Shown here in pieces: positions 36,205 to 45,864 of a DNA stretch of 64,000 nt. How positions within the stretch are numbered: the first letter of the stretch is position 1; each line of letters starts with the position of its first letter. The notes under the pieces were generated by a model. The model searched no databases, was not told the origin of the DNA, and saw nothing but the letters and a program-made list of their open reading frames with translations. Source of the DNA: an uncultured bacterium (GTDB taxonomy: Bacteria > Spirochaetota > UBA4802 > JAGODF01); the NCBI GenBank assembly GCA_937921485.1, contig CAKZSV010000035.1, positions 5,949 through 69,948 on the forward strand, written 5' to 3'. A program made the translations under genes and the position numbers.

Positions 36205-37359
36205 CTACTTCGGCTGGCTGACGATTTGCTGTATCTTGCGCGTTTCATCATTTCGCAGATCCACGCGAATCGGCCTTTGTAATTTTCGTCCGTGAATATC
36301 GGAAATTATATCAACCAGCGGTTGAAGATCCGATTCCTTACGGATTTCACGAACAACCGCGATTTCTTTTGAGGTAAGCAATACCACGCTCCCGACAGGA
36401 TACACCGGGCCATCCATCACGTGCCTGGTCATTTCCCGCAAGAAAGAATGTACGATAATCGGATTGAACACGGTTCCGGCAAGTTTTTGAATCCGAAAAA
36501 TCGCTTCCCGCGGCGTAACCGGTTCCTTGCCTTCGGCTGCGGTGATCTGAAAATCATAATGATTGCATATCGAAACGACTCGAACGCCGGGGCTGAGGCA
36601 CTTATCGTCAACACCCGAAGGATAACCCGAACCGTTGAAGTGCTCATGATGCCTGAGCACTATCTCCAGCGCTCCTTCCGGGACGCCGCCTGCCGACTTT
36701 AAGATGGAATGCCCGAAAACGGGATGCTCGCGAATCACTTTTTTCTCCTCTTCGGTGCTTCCGTCCATCTTCCATATCATTTCTGCAGGGATATTAATCT
36801 TTCCCACGTCGTGGAGAAATGCTCCCATTCCGACTTCGCGGACTTCATTTTCTTTCATTCCGGTCTTTTTTGCCAGAAGCATGGAGATTATGCCCACGTT
36901 CACGGAATGCACATACGCATATTCATTATATTCTTTCAGAGTTAAAAGTTTAAGAAGCCCGACATCCTGAGGATAAATGTCATCCATGATGATATTGACT
37001 ACATTCTTCAGATGCGCAACATCGATGTTTTTACCGCTGCGAAGAACATTCAGCAGTTTCACCATGAAATCGTACCCTTCTTTTACGGCGTGCTCGGAAA
37101 TATTCCCGGTGACGGGAACATAATAAATCTTTTCAATTTTTCTTTCTTTTAGTTTTGCAATTTCGCTTTCCGAAAAGGCGTGATATTCTTCGTAGAGAGG
37201 CTCTCCGGCATCGGTGAAGGTTTTTCCTCTGAGAATCGCACCCGGCTGAAGATGGGTTACGTTTACGAATACGCGGTTCTCCGGATGCTCCACCGGTTTT
37301 TTTTCGGCAGCATCGTCGCTTTTCTGCGCTTTCTGTTTTTCTGATTCTTTTTCGTTCAT
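36205..37359 (-). CDS. HD-GYP domain protein (putative c-di-GMP phosphodiesterase)
   Basis: 'HDVGKINIP' and 'HHEHFNGSGYP'. ATG 37359 ('MNEKESEKQK') is preferred over the tracked start at 37488, which overlaps carB. Confidence 0.88.
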   Translation of the reverse strand: MNEKESEKQKAQKSDDAAEKKPVEHPENRVFVNVTHLQPGAILRGKTFTDAGEPLYEEYHAFSESEIAKLKERKIEKIYYVPVTGNISEHAVKEGYDFMVKLLNVLRSGKNIDVAHLKNVVNIIMDDIYPQDVGLLKLLTLKEYNEYAYVHSVNVGIISMLLAKKTGMKENEVREVGMGAFLHDVGKINIPAEMIWKMDGSTEEEKKVIREHPVFGHSILKSAGGVPEGALEIVLRHHEHFNGSGYPSGVDDKCLSPGVRVVSICNHYDFQITAAEGKEPVTPREAIFRIQKLAGTVFNPIIVHSFLREMTRHVMDGPVYPVGSVVLLTSKEIAVVREIRKESDLQPLVDIISDIHGRKLQRPIRVDLRNDETRKIQQIVSQPK

Positions 37360-37484
37360 TGAGACATTCTCACACGGACGATCGGTGATACTACCATAAC
37401 CGCATACATACAATTGCAAGCATTTTATTATGCCGGCATGCAATAACCGCATATCATACGTGAAAGACAATTGCTGTGCTGGCT

Positions 37485-40400
37485 TCACCGCGCCGCGTGG
37501 TATTCCTGCAGCGATTTCGGTGCTTCTTCCCCATGCAGCTTGCGCATCTCGATTCCGCGAACAGCCGCTTTTGCGGCCGCAATCGTGGTAATATAGGGCA
37601 CCTTATATTTTATGGCAGCTTTTCGAATATATGAGTCATCATACCCGCTCATGGCACCATATGGTGTATTTACTATAAGGTGAATTTCTTTATTGTTGAT
37701 CTTGTCGATGATGTTTGGCCTTCCTTCATGCAATTTCAGTACCATCTCAGACGGCACAGTATGCTCGCGAAGGAATTGCGCGGTACCTTCCGTTGCAAAG
37801 ATGGTAAAACCGAGGCGATGAAAATTTTTCGCCACTTCAAGAACACCGGCGCGATCATTTTTATTTACCGTGATGAGCACATTACCCGAAAGCGGAAGTT
37901 TCTGTCCAGCCGCGTCCTGCGCTTTGAAATACGCAAGGCCGAAGCTGTCGGCGATGCCCAGCACTTCTCCCGTCGAGCGCATCTCTGGACCGAGTACGGG
38001 ATCGACTTCGGGAAACATATTGAAAGGAAACACCGCTTCCTTCACGCCGAAATGCTTCACACTGCTTTTTCTAATGTTCATTGAAGACAGTTTTTCTCCA
38101 AGCATCAGCTTCGTCGCTATTTTTGCCATGGGAATGCCGCATACTTTGGAAACCAGCGGCACGGTGCGCGATGCGCGGGGATTCGCTTCGAGGATGTACA
38201 CGGTATCGCTGGATATCGCATACTGGATATTGAGAAGGCCCACAACTTTCAGTTCGAGTGCAATCCGCCGGGTGTATTCTTCAATTGTTGCGATATGTTT
38301 TTCATTGATGGTGTACGGAGGAATAACACATGCCGAGTCACCCGAATGGACACCCGCAAGCTCAATGTGCTCCATCACCGCAGGGACAAAAGCTTCATGG
38401 CCGTCACAGATTGCATCAGCCTCGCATTCAATGGCATTATCAAGAAAGCGATCTATGAGAATCGGACGCTCAGGCGTCACTTCAACGGCAGCCTGCACAT
38501 AGCGGCGCAGCATTTCTTCATTGTGCACCACTTCCATTGCTCTGCCGCCAAGCACATACGAAGGCCTCACCATCAGAGGATATCCGATTGTGCGCGCCAC
38601 CTCAAGCGCTTCATCAAGCGAGGCGGCCATGCCGGATTCAGGCTGCGGAATGCCGAGTTTTTTTATAACTTTTCGGAATCGGTCGCGGTCTTCAGCCAGG
38701 TCAATGGAATCGACCGACGTGCCCAATATCTTCACGCCGTTTTTCATCAGATCGCCCGCGATATTCAGCGGCGTCTGGCCGCCGAACTGCACAATAACAC
38801 CCTCCGGTTTTTCTTTCTCATAGATGCTCAGTACATCCTCAACGGTGAGCGGCTCGAAATACAGCTTGTCGGCGGTATCATAATCGGTGGAAACCGTTTC
38901 GGGGTTGCAGTTGACGATAATTGCTTCATACCCTGCTTCTTTTATTGCAAAGGCCGCATGGACGCAACAATAATCGAATTCGATACCCTGACCGATTCTG
39001 TTCGGCCCGCCACCCAGAACCATAATTTTTTTCCGGTTCGACACGCCTACCGCATCGGGCGCGTTATAGGTGGAGTAATAATACGCCGCATCTTCCACGC
39101 CGCTGACGGGTACCGCATCCCAGCGTTCGGTCACACCGAGCGGAAGCCGCTGACGGCGAATTGCATCTTCCGGAAGCTCGAGTATCTTTGCCAGATATTT
39201 ATCGGCGAATCCCCACTCCTTTGCGATTTTCAGCAAAGAATCCGGCAGCGATGCGCCTTTATAATGAAGCAATTTTTCCTCAAGCTCTACGAGTTCTTTC
39301 ATCTGATCGATAAAATATTTTTTAATATGCGTTCGCTCGCTCAGAAGCTGCGCATCAGCACCTTTCCGCAACGCCTCGTACATAACGAACTGGCGTTCGC
39401 TTGTGGGAATGCTCAAAAGCCGCATCAGCTCATCGAGGCTGAGGCTATTATAATTTTTTGCAAACCCAAGCCCATGCCGCCCGATTTCAAGCGAACGGAT
39501 GGCTTTTTGCAATGCTTCCTTATAGTTTTTCCCAATGCTCATCACCTCGCCCACGGAACGCATCTGCGTGCCGAGTTTATCCTCAACGCCGCGGAATTTT
39601 TCAAAACCCCAGCGCGCGAATTTCACCACCACATAATCGCCCGATGGAGTATATTTTTCAAGGGTCCCATCGCGCCAGTAGGGAATTTCATCGAGCGTCA
39701 GGCCGGCGGCAAGGAGCGAGGAAACGAACGCAATCGGAAAACCAGTTGCTTTCGAAGCAAGCGCAGAGGACCGCGAAGTTCTCGGATTTATTTCAATCAC
39801 CACAATCCTGCCCGTATTCGGATTATGAGCGAACTGGACATTGGTACCGCCGATCACTTTTATGGCTTCCACGATTTTATATGAATATTCCTGCAGGCGT
39901 TTCTGCACATCCTGGCTGATGGTGAGCATCGGCGCGGTGCAGTAGGAATCGCCGGTATGTATCCCCATCGCGTCGACATTCTCAATGAAACAGACCGTAA
40001 TCATCTGATTTTTCGCGTCGCGCACCACTTCGAGTTCAAGCTCTTCCCAGCCGATTACCGACTCTTCTATGAGCACCTGCCCAATCATGCTGGCGGAGAG
40101 TCCCCGTGCTACGATGGTTTCGAGCTCTTCCATATTATACACATGTCCGCCGCCGGTTCCTCCGAGTGTGTATGCGGGACGCACAACAAGGGGGAATCCG
40201 AGCTTTTCAGCAATTTTTTTCGCTTCATCCACGCTGTAGGCAGGCTCGCTTTTCGGCATCTCAATGCCGAGCGCATTCATGGTATTTTTGAATGAAATGC
40301 GGTCTTCGCCGCGCTCAATCGCGTCCGGTTCCACACCGATTACTTTCGTACCATATTTCTGCAATATCCCTTTTTTATACAGTTCCGATGAAAGATTCAG

Positions 40401-40685
40401 GCCGGTTTGCCCTCCTAAGTTTGGCAGAAGGGCATCGGGTTTTTCTTTCTCAATGATTTTAGAAAGAGATTCGATGGTGAGCGGTTCAATATATGTGACA
40501 TCCGCCATACCGGGGTCGGTCATAATTGTTGCGGGATTTGAATTGACCAGCACGATTTCATAGCCGAGCTTCTTCAACGCTTTGCATGCCTGGGTGCCGG
40601 AATAATCAAATTCGCAGGCCTGGCCGATGATAATCGGACCGGAACCGATAATTAAAACTTTATTAATGTCGTTTCTTTTGGGCAC
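37485..40685 (-). CDS. carB: Carbamoyl-phosphate synthase large subunit
   Basis: 1066 aa. 'KVLIIGSGPIIIGQACEFDYSGTQA' and the duplicated ATP-grasp halves are unmistakable. No carA is adjacent. Confidence 0.97.
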   Translation of the reverse strand: MPKRNDINKVLIIGSGPIIIGQACEFDYSGTQACKALKKLGYEIVLVNSNPATIMTDPGMADVTYIEPLTIESLSKIIEKEKPDALLPNLGGQTGLNLSSELYKKGILQKYGTKVIGVEPDAIERGEDRISFKNTMNALGIEMPKSEPAYSVDEAKKIAEKLGFPLVVRPAYTLGGTGGGHVYNMEELETIVARGLSASMIGQVLIEESVIGWEELELEVVRDAKNQMITVCFIENVDAMGIHTGDSYCTAPMLTISQDVQKRLQEYSYKIVEAIKVIGGTNVQFAHNPNTGRIVVIEINPRTSRSSALASKATGFPIAFVSSLLAAGLTLDEIPYWRDGTLEKYTPSGDYVVVKFARWGFEKFRGVEDKLGTQMRSVGEVMSIGKNYKEALQKAIRSLEIGRHGLGFAKNYNSLSLDELMRLLSIPTSERQFVMYEALRKGADAQLLSERTHIKKYFIDQMKELVELEEKLLHYKGASLPDSLLKIAKEWGFADKYLAKILELPEDAIRRQRLPLGVTERWDAVPVSGVEDAAYYYSTYNAPDAVGVSNRKKIMVLGGGPNRIGQGIEFDYCCVHAAFAIKEAGYEAIIVNCNPETVSTDYDTADKLYFEPLTVEDVLSIYEKEKPEGVIVQFGGQTPLNIAGDLMKNGVKILGTSVDSIDLAEDRDRFRKVIKKLGIPQPESGMAASLDEALEVARTIGYPLMVRPSYVLGGRAMEVVHNEEMLRRYVQAAVEVTPERPILIDRFLDNAIECEADAICDGHEAFVPAVMEHIELAGVHSGDSACVIPPYTINEKHIATIEEYTRRIALELKVVGLLNIQYAISSDTVYILEANPRASRTVPLVSKVCGIPMAKIATKLMLGEKLSSMNIRKSSVKHFGVKEAVFPFNMFPEVDPVLGPEMRSTGEVLGIADSFGLAYFKAQDAAGQKLPLSGNVLITVNKNDRAGVLEVAKNFHRLGFTIFATEGTAQFLREHTVPSEMVLKLHEGRPNIIDKINNKEIHLIVNTPYGAMSGYDDSYIRKAAIKYKVPYITTIAAAKAAVRGIEMRKLHGEEAPKSLQEYHAAR

Positions 40686-40883
40686 ATTCGTTCTCCTCAG
40701 ATTTTCTCCCTTTTTCCGGCAGAAGATATTTGCATGTCAATAGAAATTGTAATAAAAATAATGTATTATTTCCCCTTGATATTGCCTAAGATGCCATTCC
40801 GGGCTCATAAAGTGCTTGAAAAAAACCCGCCTCTGTAATTTTCTCGTAAACAATACTCACTGTACAAAAAGGATACACATACC

Positions 40884-41837
40884 ATGGAGATAAAACTTCT
40901 GGGCGTGCGCGGATCGCTCCCCACACCTCTCACCAATGGCGAATACCGTCACCGGCTGATGGAAATTCTTACGCGCGCGCTGCGCGATAATATACAAGCA
41001 GAAAACATTGAATCATTCATCAATGGCCTTCCCGCAGAATTGAGCACTGTTTTTGGTGGAAATACAACCTGTGCCACCGTCACCTCAAAAGCGGGAAACA
41101 CCTATGTGCTCGACTGCGGTACGGGTATTCGCCCATTGGGTGATGAACTCATCAAGGGGCCATGCGGGAAAGGCCAGGGAGTGGTACATATTTTTGTCAC
41201 ACATACCCACTGGGATCACGTGCAGGGGCTTCCCTTTTTTAAGCCGATTTATATAAAGGGCAACATACTCAATTTCTATTCACCGTATCCCGATCTGGAG
41301 GAGCGCCTTATCAAACAGCAGGGAGATTTTCGGTTCTTCCCCGCGCCCTTTGAAAAAACCGCATCATCCAAAGCATTTCACCTTTTAAAGCCCGAAACAC
41401 CGCTGGTGTTCGAAGACGGATTGACGGTTGATTGCTACCCTCTTAAACATCCAGGAGGGAGTTTCGCCTATCGTTTCCGGCAGGACGGCAAAACCTTCAT
41501 CTTCGCTACCGATGTTGAATTCACCGGCGAAGTCTTCGAAAAAGTTGGCACCGAAACGGACTTTTTTCTCAATGCCGATGTTTTAGTCATCGATTCGCAA
41601 TACACACTCGACGAATCGTTCATGAAATTCGACTGGGGACATACCGCCTACACCGCTGCGGTCAACTGCGGTATCCGCTGGCATGTGAAAAAACTCGTGC
41701 TTACCCATCATGAGCCTTCGTATTCCGATACCAAGCTTGCTGAAATCTATCGGGAAGCGGTTGAGCATCGTGAAGCGATGAAGATGAAGACGCCTGAACT
41801 ATACATGGCTGTGGAAGGTTTGACGTTTTCCTTTTGA
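40884..41837 (+). CDS. MBL-fold metallo-hydrolase
   Basis: 317 aa. 'FVTHTHWDHVQG' (HxHxDH motif) and 'LTHHEP'. Confidence 0.85.
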   Translation: MEIKLLGVRGSLPTPLTNGEYRHRLMEILTRALRDNIQAENIESFINGLPAELSTVFGGNTTCATVTSKAGNTYVLDCGTGIRPLGDELIKGPCGKGQGVVHIFVTHTHWDHVQGLPFFKPIYIKGNILNFYSPYPDLEERLIKQQGDFRFFPAPFEKTASSKAFHLLKPETPLVFEDGLTVDCYPLKHPGGSFAYRFRQDGKTFIFATDVEFTGEVFEKVGTETDFFLNADVLVIDSQYTLDESFMKFDWGHTAYTAAVNCGIRWHVKKLVLTHHEPSYSDTKLAEIYREAVEHREAMKMKTPELYMAVEGLTFSF

Positions 41838-42994
41838 TTATGCGAAAAGCGCTTTGCAAATTTTTATCTTTTTTGCGCACGAATAGCAAAAATTATCTCA
41901 CAAGCACAAACGCTAATGACAGCATTTCATTACTCCGTATCGCCTGCATAATTGCAATTATTGCATCGACAGGCACTGCCTCCGCACGTCCAGGAAAAAA
42001 TGCACATCTGCCATCACTTCACCGAGTTGCTGATTACGCTCCTGTTTTGCGCACCTGTTCAAGCAATACAACTGCAAAGAGATTATTCGCATTGAGAAAA
42101 TTCTTATTAGATGGCGCGGAACACTATCTCGTAGTTGATATCGACACACTGCGCACCGAGATACTGAGCGCAGATCACATAATACTCACCAGCAGCATCC
42201 ACGATTCAAAGTTGGGCGCTTCAATGAAAAATATATCACCGTATTTCGGCGCCATTGCCTTTTGCGCCTTGCCGCCCTACCGCCTGCATAATCACGGCAT
42301 ACGCGGATTTTCCCAGAAACTCAAAGGCGCTGTCCTTTCGGCGGATCTTTGCCCATCAAAATACCCGCTCGACCGCACACCATTTCAATTAGCGCTGGCG
42401 ACCTTTTCTGAAAAGACGCGGCCTTTGCCCGTCGCGATTGCCGTAAGCGGCAAGTGGCTTGAAAGCCATATTAGGGATATAAATTGGCTCAAGTCCATGC
42501 ATGAAAAGAAAATGCTTGATATCACCTGGATCAATCACTCCTACTCGCATCCGAGGGAATATCGACGCAATAAAAGACTTTTATCCAAAGGGTTTCTCCT
42601 CGCGGAAGGAACGGACATCAACGCGGAAATTATCAAGGCTGAAATATCTATGATTGAAGCGGGCATTACGCCATCGGTTTTCTTCAGGTTTCCCGGACTG
42701 GTTTCCGACGAAAAGTTAGTGAAAAAAGTCTGCGAATTAGGTCTCATACCTGTCGGCAGCAACGCCTGGCTTGCAAAGCGCGAGAGACCCCGCGGCGGCA
42801 GCATCATTCTCATCCACGCAAATCGGCATGAGCCAAAAGGTATTGCCGGCTTCCGCAAACTGCTTTACGAAAAGAAAAACGCCATCCGCCAGGGCACATG
42901 GAGGCTTCTGGATATTCGCGATTGCCTTGTTTCTGATTTTACGCTGAATGCCGGAAGGGAATACAGAGTTCGACCTAAAACGGCTATAAACTAA
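41834..42994 (+). CDS. Polysaccharide deacetylase (NodB-like) family protein with an N-terminal anchor
   Basis: 'WINHSYSHP' fits the H(S/T)xxH motif, and 'FFRFPG' is motif-3-like. The start is TTG 41834 or ATG 41840. Confidence 0.6.
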   Translation: MIMRKALCKFLSFLRTNSKNYLTSTNANDSISLLRIACIIAIIASTGTASARPGKNAHLPSLHRVADYAPVLRTCSSNTTAKRLFALRKFLLDGAEHYLVVDIDTLRTEILSADHIILTSSIHDSKLGASMKNISPYFGAIAFCALPPYRLHNHGIRGFSQKLKGAVLSADLCPSKYPLDRTPFQLALATFSEKTRPLPVAIAVSGKWLESHIRDINWLKSMHEKKMLDITWINHSYSHPREYRRNKRLLSKGFLLAEGTDINAEIIKAEISMIEAGITPSVFFRFPGLVSDEKLVKKVCELGLIPVGSNAWLAKRERPRGGSIILIHANRHEPKGIAGFRKLLYEKKNAIRQGTWRLLDIRDCLVSDFTLNAGREYRVRPKTAIN

Positions 42995-43214
42995 TATAAC
43001 ACAAAACCACTATCAGTATTTTCATTTTCACCCGATGTTTTTTATCGGATTGCCTTCTTCATCGAAGCGCTTCTGGTATTCAACGTTCCCGCCATATTTT
43101 TTTCAACGATAAATTTTTTTCCAAATATTTGTAATGATTTTTTCTATAAAATATCTTGACAAGAAAATACCCCATTTTACAAAGTTCTCACTTTTTGCCG
43201 GAAGATTTTTACAT

Positions 43215-43287
43215 TCCCCTGTAGCTCAGTCGGTAGAGCAGTTGGCTGTTAACCAATTGGTCGCAGGTTCGAGTCCTGCCGGGGGAG
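43215..43287 (+). tRNA. tRNA-Asn (anticodon GTT)
   Basis: Cloverleaf: TCCCCTG-TA-GCTC-AGTCGGTA-GAGC-A-GTTGG-CTGTTAA-CCAAT-TGGTC-GCAGG-TTCGAGT-CCTGC-CGGGGGA-G. Confidence 0.93.
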
Positions 43288-43325
43288 CATAGGTCGGCTC
43301 CTCACCTTTAAGCAGGGGCTTTAGA

Positions 43326-43358
43326 AAAAGGCTTATCGTATGATGAGCCTTTTTCTGT
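43326..43358 (+). terminator. Probable terminator after tRNA-Asn
   Basis: AAAGGCT, a 12-nt loop, then AGCCTTT followed by TTTCTGTTT. Confidence 0.5.
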
Positions 43359-43585
43359 TTATAAACAACATAACGGTTTTATCCAAATTTTCTGTGCCGA
43401 AATTGACTACACCACACACATCCTTCTCCTATCATCAAAAATAGCAATTTTTTAAAAAGCCTTGACGGGTTCTCAAGCAATGTACAAAATTACAAAACTT
43501 GTTTTAATCACTGTTATCATTATTAATAATTGCGACTAACACATCATTATTTAAAATTTAAAAGCTATTATACAATGAGGTCAAA

Positions 43586-44359
43586 ATGGATTCGAAGTAC
43601 AGATTCAAAAGCTATTCATTAATGTATGCACTCCCAATATTAATTCTCACGTTATCATTATCCTGTGGATTGTTCAAACAGAACGATGATGAAGTCATTT
43701 CAAATGAAGCCGTAAAGCTGAAAACTGTCGGCATCAATAAGGAAATCGAAAAGCAAAAAGCAGAGCTTGCAAAAGCAAAAGACGACCACGAGCGCGCAAC
43801 GATTTGCCAGAGCATTGCCGCGCTTGCCGCAGAAAAGGGAAACACCAACCTTTCTCTTGAATACGCGCAGAAATCCATCAAGTTTCAGCCAAATCTCTAT
43901 ATGGCACGATATCTATTGGGGAAAGCATATATGGACCTTGGACGCTACGGTGATGCCGAAGCAGAATTTCGCAAATCCATCGAACTAAAAAATGATTTTG
44001 TGCCTTCTCGTTTTGAACTGGGCAACGCACTGTATAAAAAATTCCAGTACAATGCGGCAATTGCAGAATACATGGAAGCCATTCGCCTTGACCCATCGCA
44101 TTGCGAGGCAATGAATAATATCGCAACAATTTCCGTTGAACAGAAAAATTTCCCAAACGCGGAAAGCTACCTGAAAATGGCAACCAAAGCAAATCCGCAA
44201 TTCGCGCTTGCGTACAAAAACCTCGGAATTTTATACGAAACCCGTTTAAAAAACACCGCGCTGGCAGTTGAGAATTATTCAAAATATCTGTCGCTTTCCC
44301 CCAACGCTCCCGACAGGGGGCGCATCAAATCCTGGATTCGCTGGCTTGGAGGAAAATAA
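43586..44359 (+). CDS. TPR-repeat lipoprotein
   Basis: Lipobox 'LTLSLSC'. TPRs 'ARYLLGKAYMDLGRYGDAEAEFRKSIEL', 'FELGNALYKKFQYNAAIAEYMEAIRLDP', 'AYKNLGILYE'. Confidence 0.85.
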   Translation: MDSKYRFKSYSLMYALPILILTLSLSCGLFKQNDDEVISNEAVKLKTVGINKEIEKQKAELAKAKDDHERATICQSIAALAAEKGNTNLSLEYAQKSIKFQPNLYMARYLLGKAYMDLGRYGDAEAEFRKSIELKNDFVPSRFELGNALYKKFQYNAAIAEYMEAIRLDPSHCEAMNNIATISVEQKNFPNAESYLKMATKANPQFALAYKNLGILYETRLKNTALAVENYSKYLSLSPNAPDRGRIKSWIRWLGGK

Positions 44360-45852
44360 TGAAAAAAATATTAATTCTGATTCTTCTGCTTTGCTCGAGC
44401 ATAACTTTTTCCCAGGAAACTCCCATCCGTGTGGCAATGCCCCCTTTTGATGACAGCATCAGCAGCGAAGGAGAAATCGCTCGCGCGGGTTCGGCCGCAA
44501 CAGCACTGTACGAACAAAAGATAGCGGTACTTCCAAACTATAAAGTGCGGCCATCCGGTGCGGTGCAATCATACATCGAAACTTTTGAAAAAGTCCAGCT
44601 CGGCATTGAAAATCCCACGGCTTTGAAAAAATTTTCTTCTTCTCTTCTGGTCGATTATCTGATCGTGGGTAGTGTTGCCAATATTTCCAGTGGCATTGAA
44701 CTCGATACCCGTCTGGTGGATATCAACACCTGGAAAGTGGTGTATGCCGCCGGCGTCCGCAGTTCTTCCACAGCCGATGCAGCATCATCGCTCATCGATG
44801 GATATTCGAAACTATCGAAACAGATAATCGAAGAGGCCGAAAAAAGGCGAAAAGATAATTTCACCGTCGGAGTGTATGAATTTATTGAACATCATAAAAA
44901 TACTTCATCATACGCCTATTGCGGCGCCATGATGGAAATGCTCACGACCGCACTCGGCTCAAAGGAATTGATTACCGCAATTGAAACCAAGTTCATTCGG
45001 CACCTCATCGACGAAAAGCAACTCCAGATGTCGGGAGTAATCACCAATGATAATTCTGATGAGAATTATCGACTTTCGGGGGTGCAGTACAAAGTGAGCG
45101 GCGATATCCGCGTTTTCCCTGACATGATGACAGTGAACTACCGCGTCTTCGACACCTCGGAAAAACGCGTTATTTTCACAGGCAGCGTGGATCTAGGCGG
45201 GCATTCTGTGCTGCGATCTGCTGCCAGATATATCGCGAAAGTGATGGAAGATGCGCTAAATAACCGGATCGGCTCGCTGAAGATTGCCACATTCCCATCA
45301 GGCGCTGATATCATACTCGATGAAATGCCTGCAGGGAAAACCGAAAAGGGAGCACTTGTCCTCACCATGGAAAAGGGCGACTACACCCTTGATGTGAAAT
45401 ACCCGGGTTACAAAACTCACACGCAGAAAATTTCCATCGTTCCGCGAAAGGTTACCGAACTTTCGATACGCCTTGAAAAGATAAGCGAAAAAATGATGGC
45501 CGAAGCGATGAACCTTGAGGCAATTGGAAGATACAGCGAAGCAGTAAACAAATACGATGAATTCATCAAAGAAATTGGCGACACTCCAGAAGCAAATGTA
45601 GCGCTCTACCGCAAGGGACATCTGCTTCTTCTCAGCGTTAAAGATTATGAAAAAGCGCGTGAAACATTCATGCAGTTGCTTGATCGCTATCCCGATGCAA
45701 TGACGCGGGCGGAAGGCTACTACGGGCTGGTTCTAACCTACAAGGAAATGGGGAATGCTGAAATGGCAAAATCGACATTGAAGTTTTTGCTCGATCACTA
45801 CGCTGAAACGCCGGCAGCTGATACCGCAAGGCCCCTGCTGAATAAATTATAG
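44359..45852 (+). CDS. Exported multidomain protein: two tentative LpoB/CsgG-like modules, a PEGA domain and a C-terminal YbgF-like TPR
   Basis: Signal 'MKKILILILLLCSSITFSQ'. 'VDYLIVGSVANISSGIELDTRLVDINTWKVVYAAG'. PEGA-like 'TFPSGADIILDEMPAGKTEKGALVLTMEKGDYTLDVKYPGYKTHTQKISI'. TPR 'AEGYYGLVLTYKEMGNAEMA'. The ATG overlaps the upstream stop. Confidence 0.8.
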   Translation: MKKILILILLLCSSITFSQETPIRVAMPPFDDSISSEGEIARAGSAATALYEQKIAVLPNYKVRPSGAVQSYIETFEKVQLGIENPTALKKFSSSLLVDYLIVGSVANISSGIELDTRLVDINTWKVVYAAGVRSSSTADAASSLIDGYSKLSKQIIEEAEKRRKDNFTVGVYEFIEHHKNTSSYAYCGAMMEMLTTALGSKELITAIETKFIRHLIDEKQLQMSGVITNDNSDENYRLSGVQYKVSGDIRVFPDMMTVNYRVFDTSEKRVIFTGSVDLGGHSVLRSAARYIAKVMEDALNNRIGSLKIATFPSGADIILDEMPAGKTEKGALVLTMEKGDYTLDVKYPGYKTHTQKISIVPRKVTELSIRLEKISEKMMAEAMNLEAIGRYSEAVNKYDEFIKEIGDTPEANVALYRKGHLLLLSVKDYEKARETFMQLLDRYPDAMTRAEGYYGLVLTYKEMGNAEMAKSTLKFLLDHYAETPAADTARPLLNKL

Positions 45853-45864
45853 GAGGTTTATTAC

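Noticed and set aside
38295-39884. 529-aa ORF on the + strand
   Set aside because: It is entirely antisense to carB, whose identity is unambiguous. The translation is low-complexity and R/F/H-rich with no motifs. It is a typical shadow ORF of a long conserved gene.
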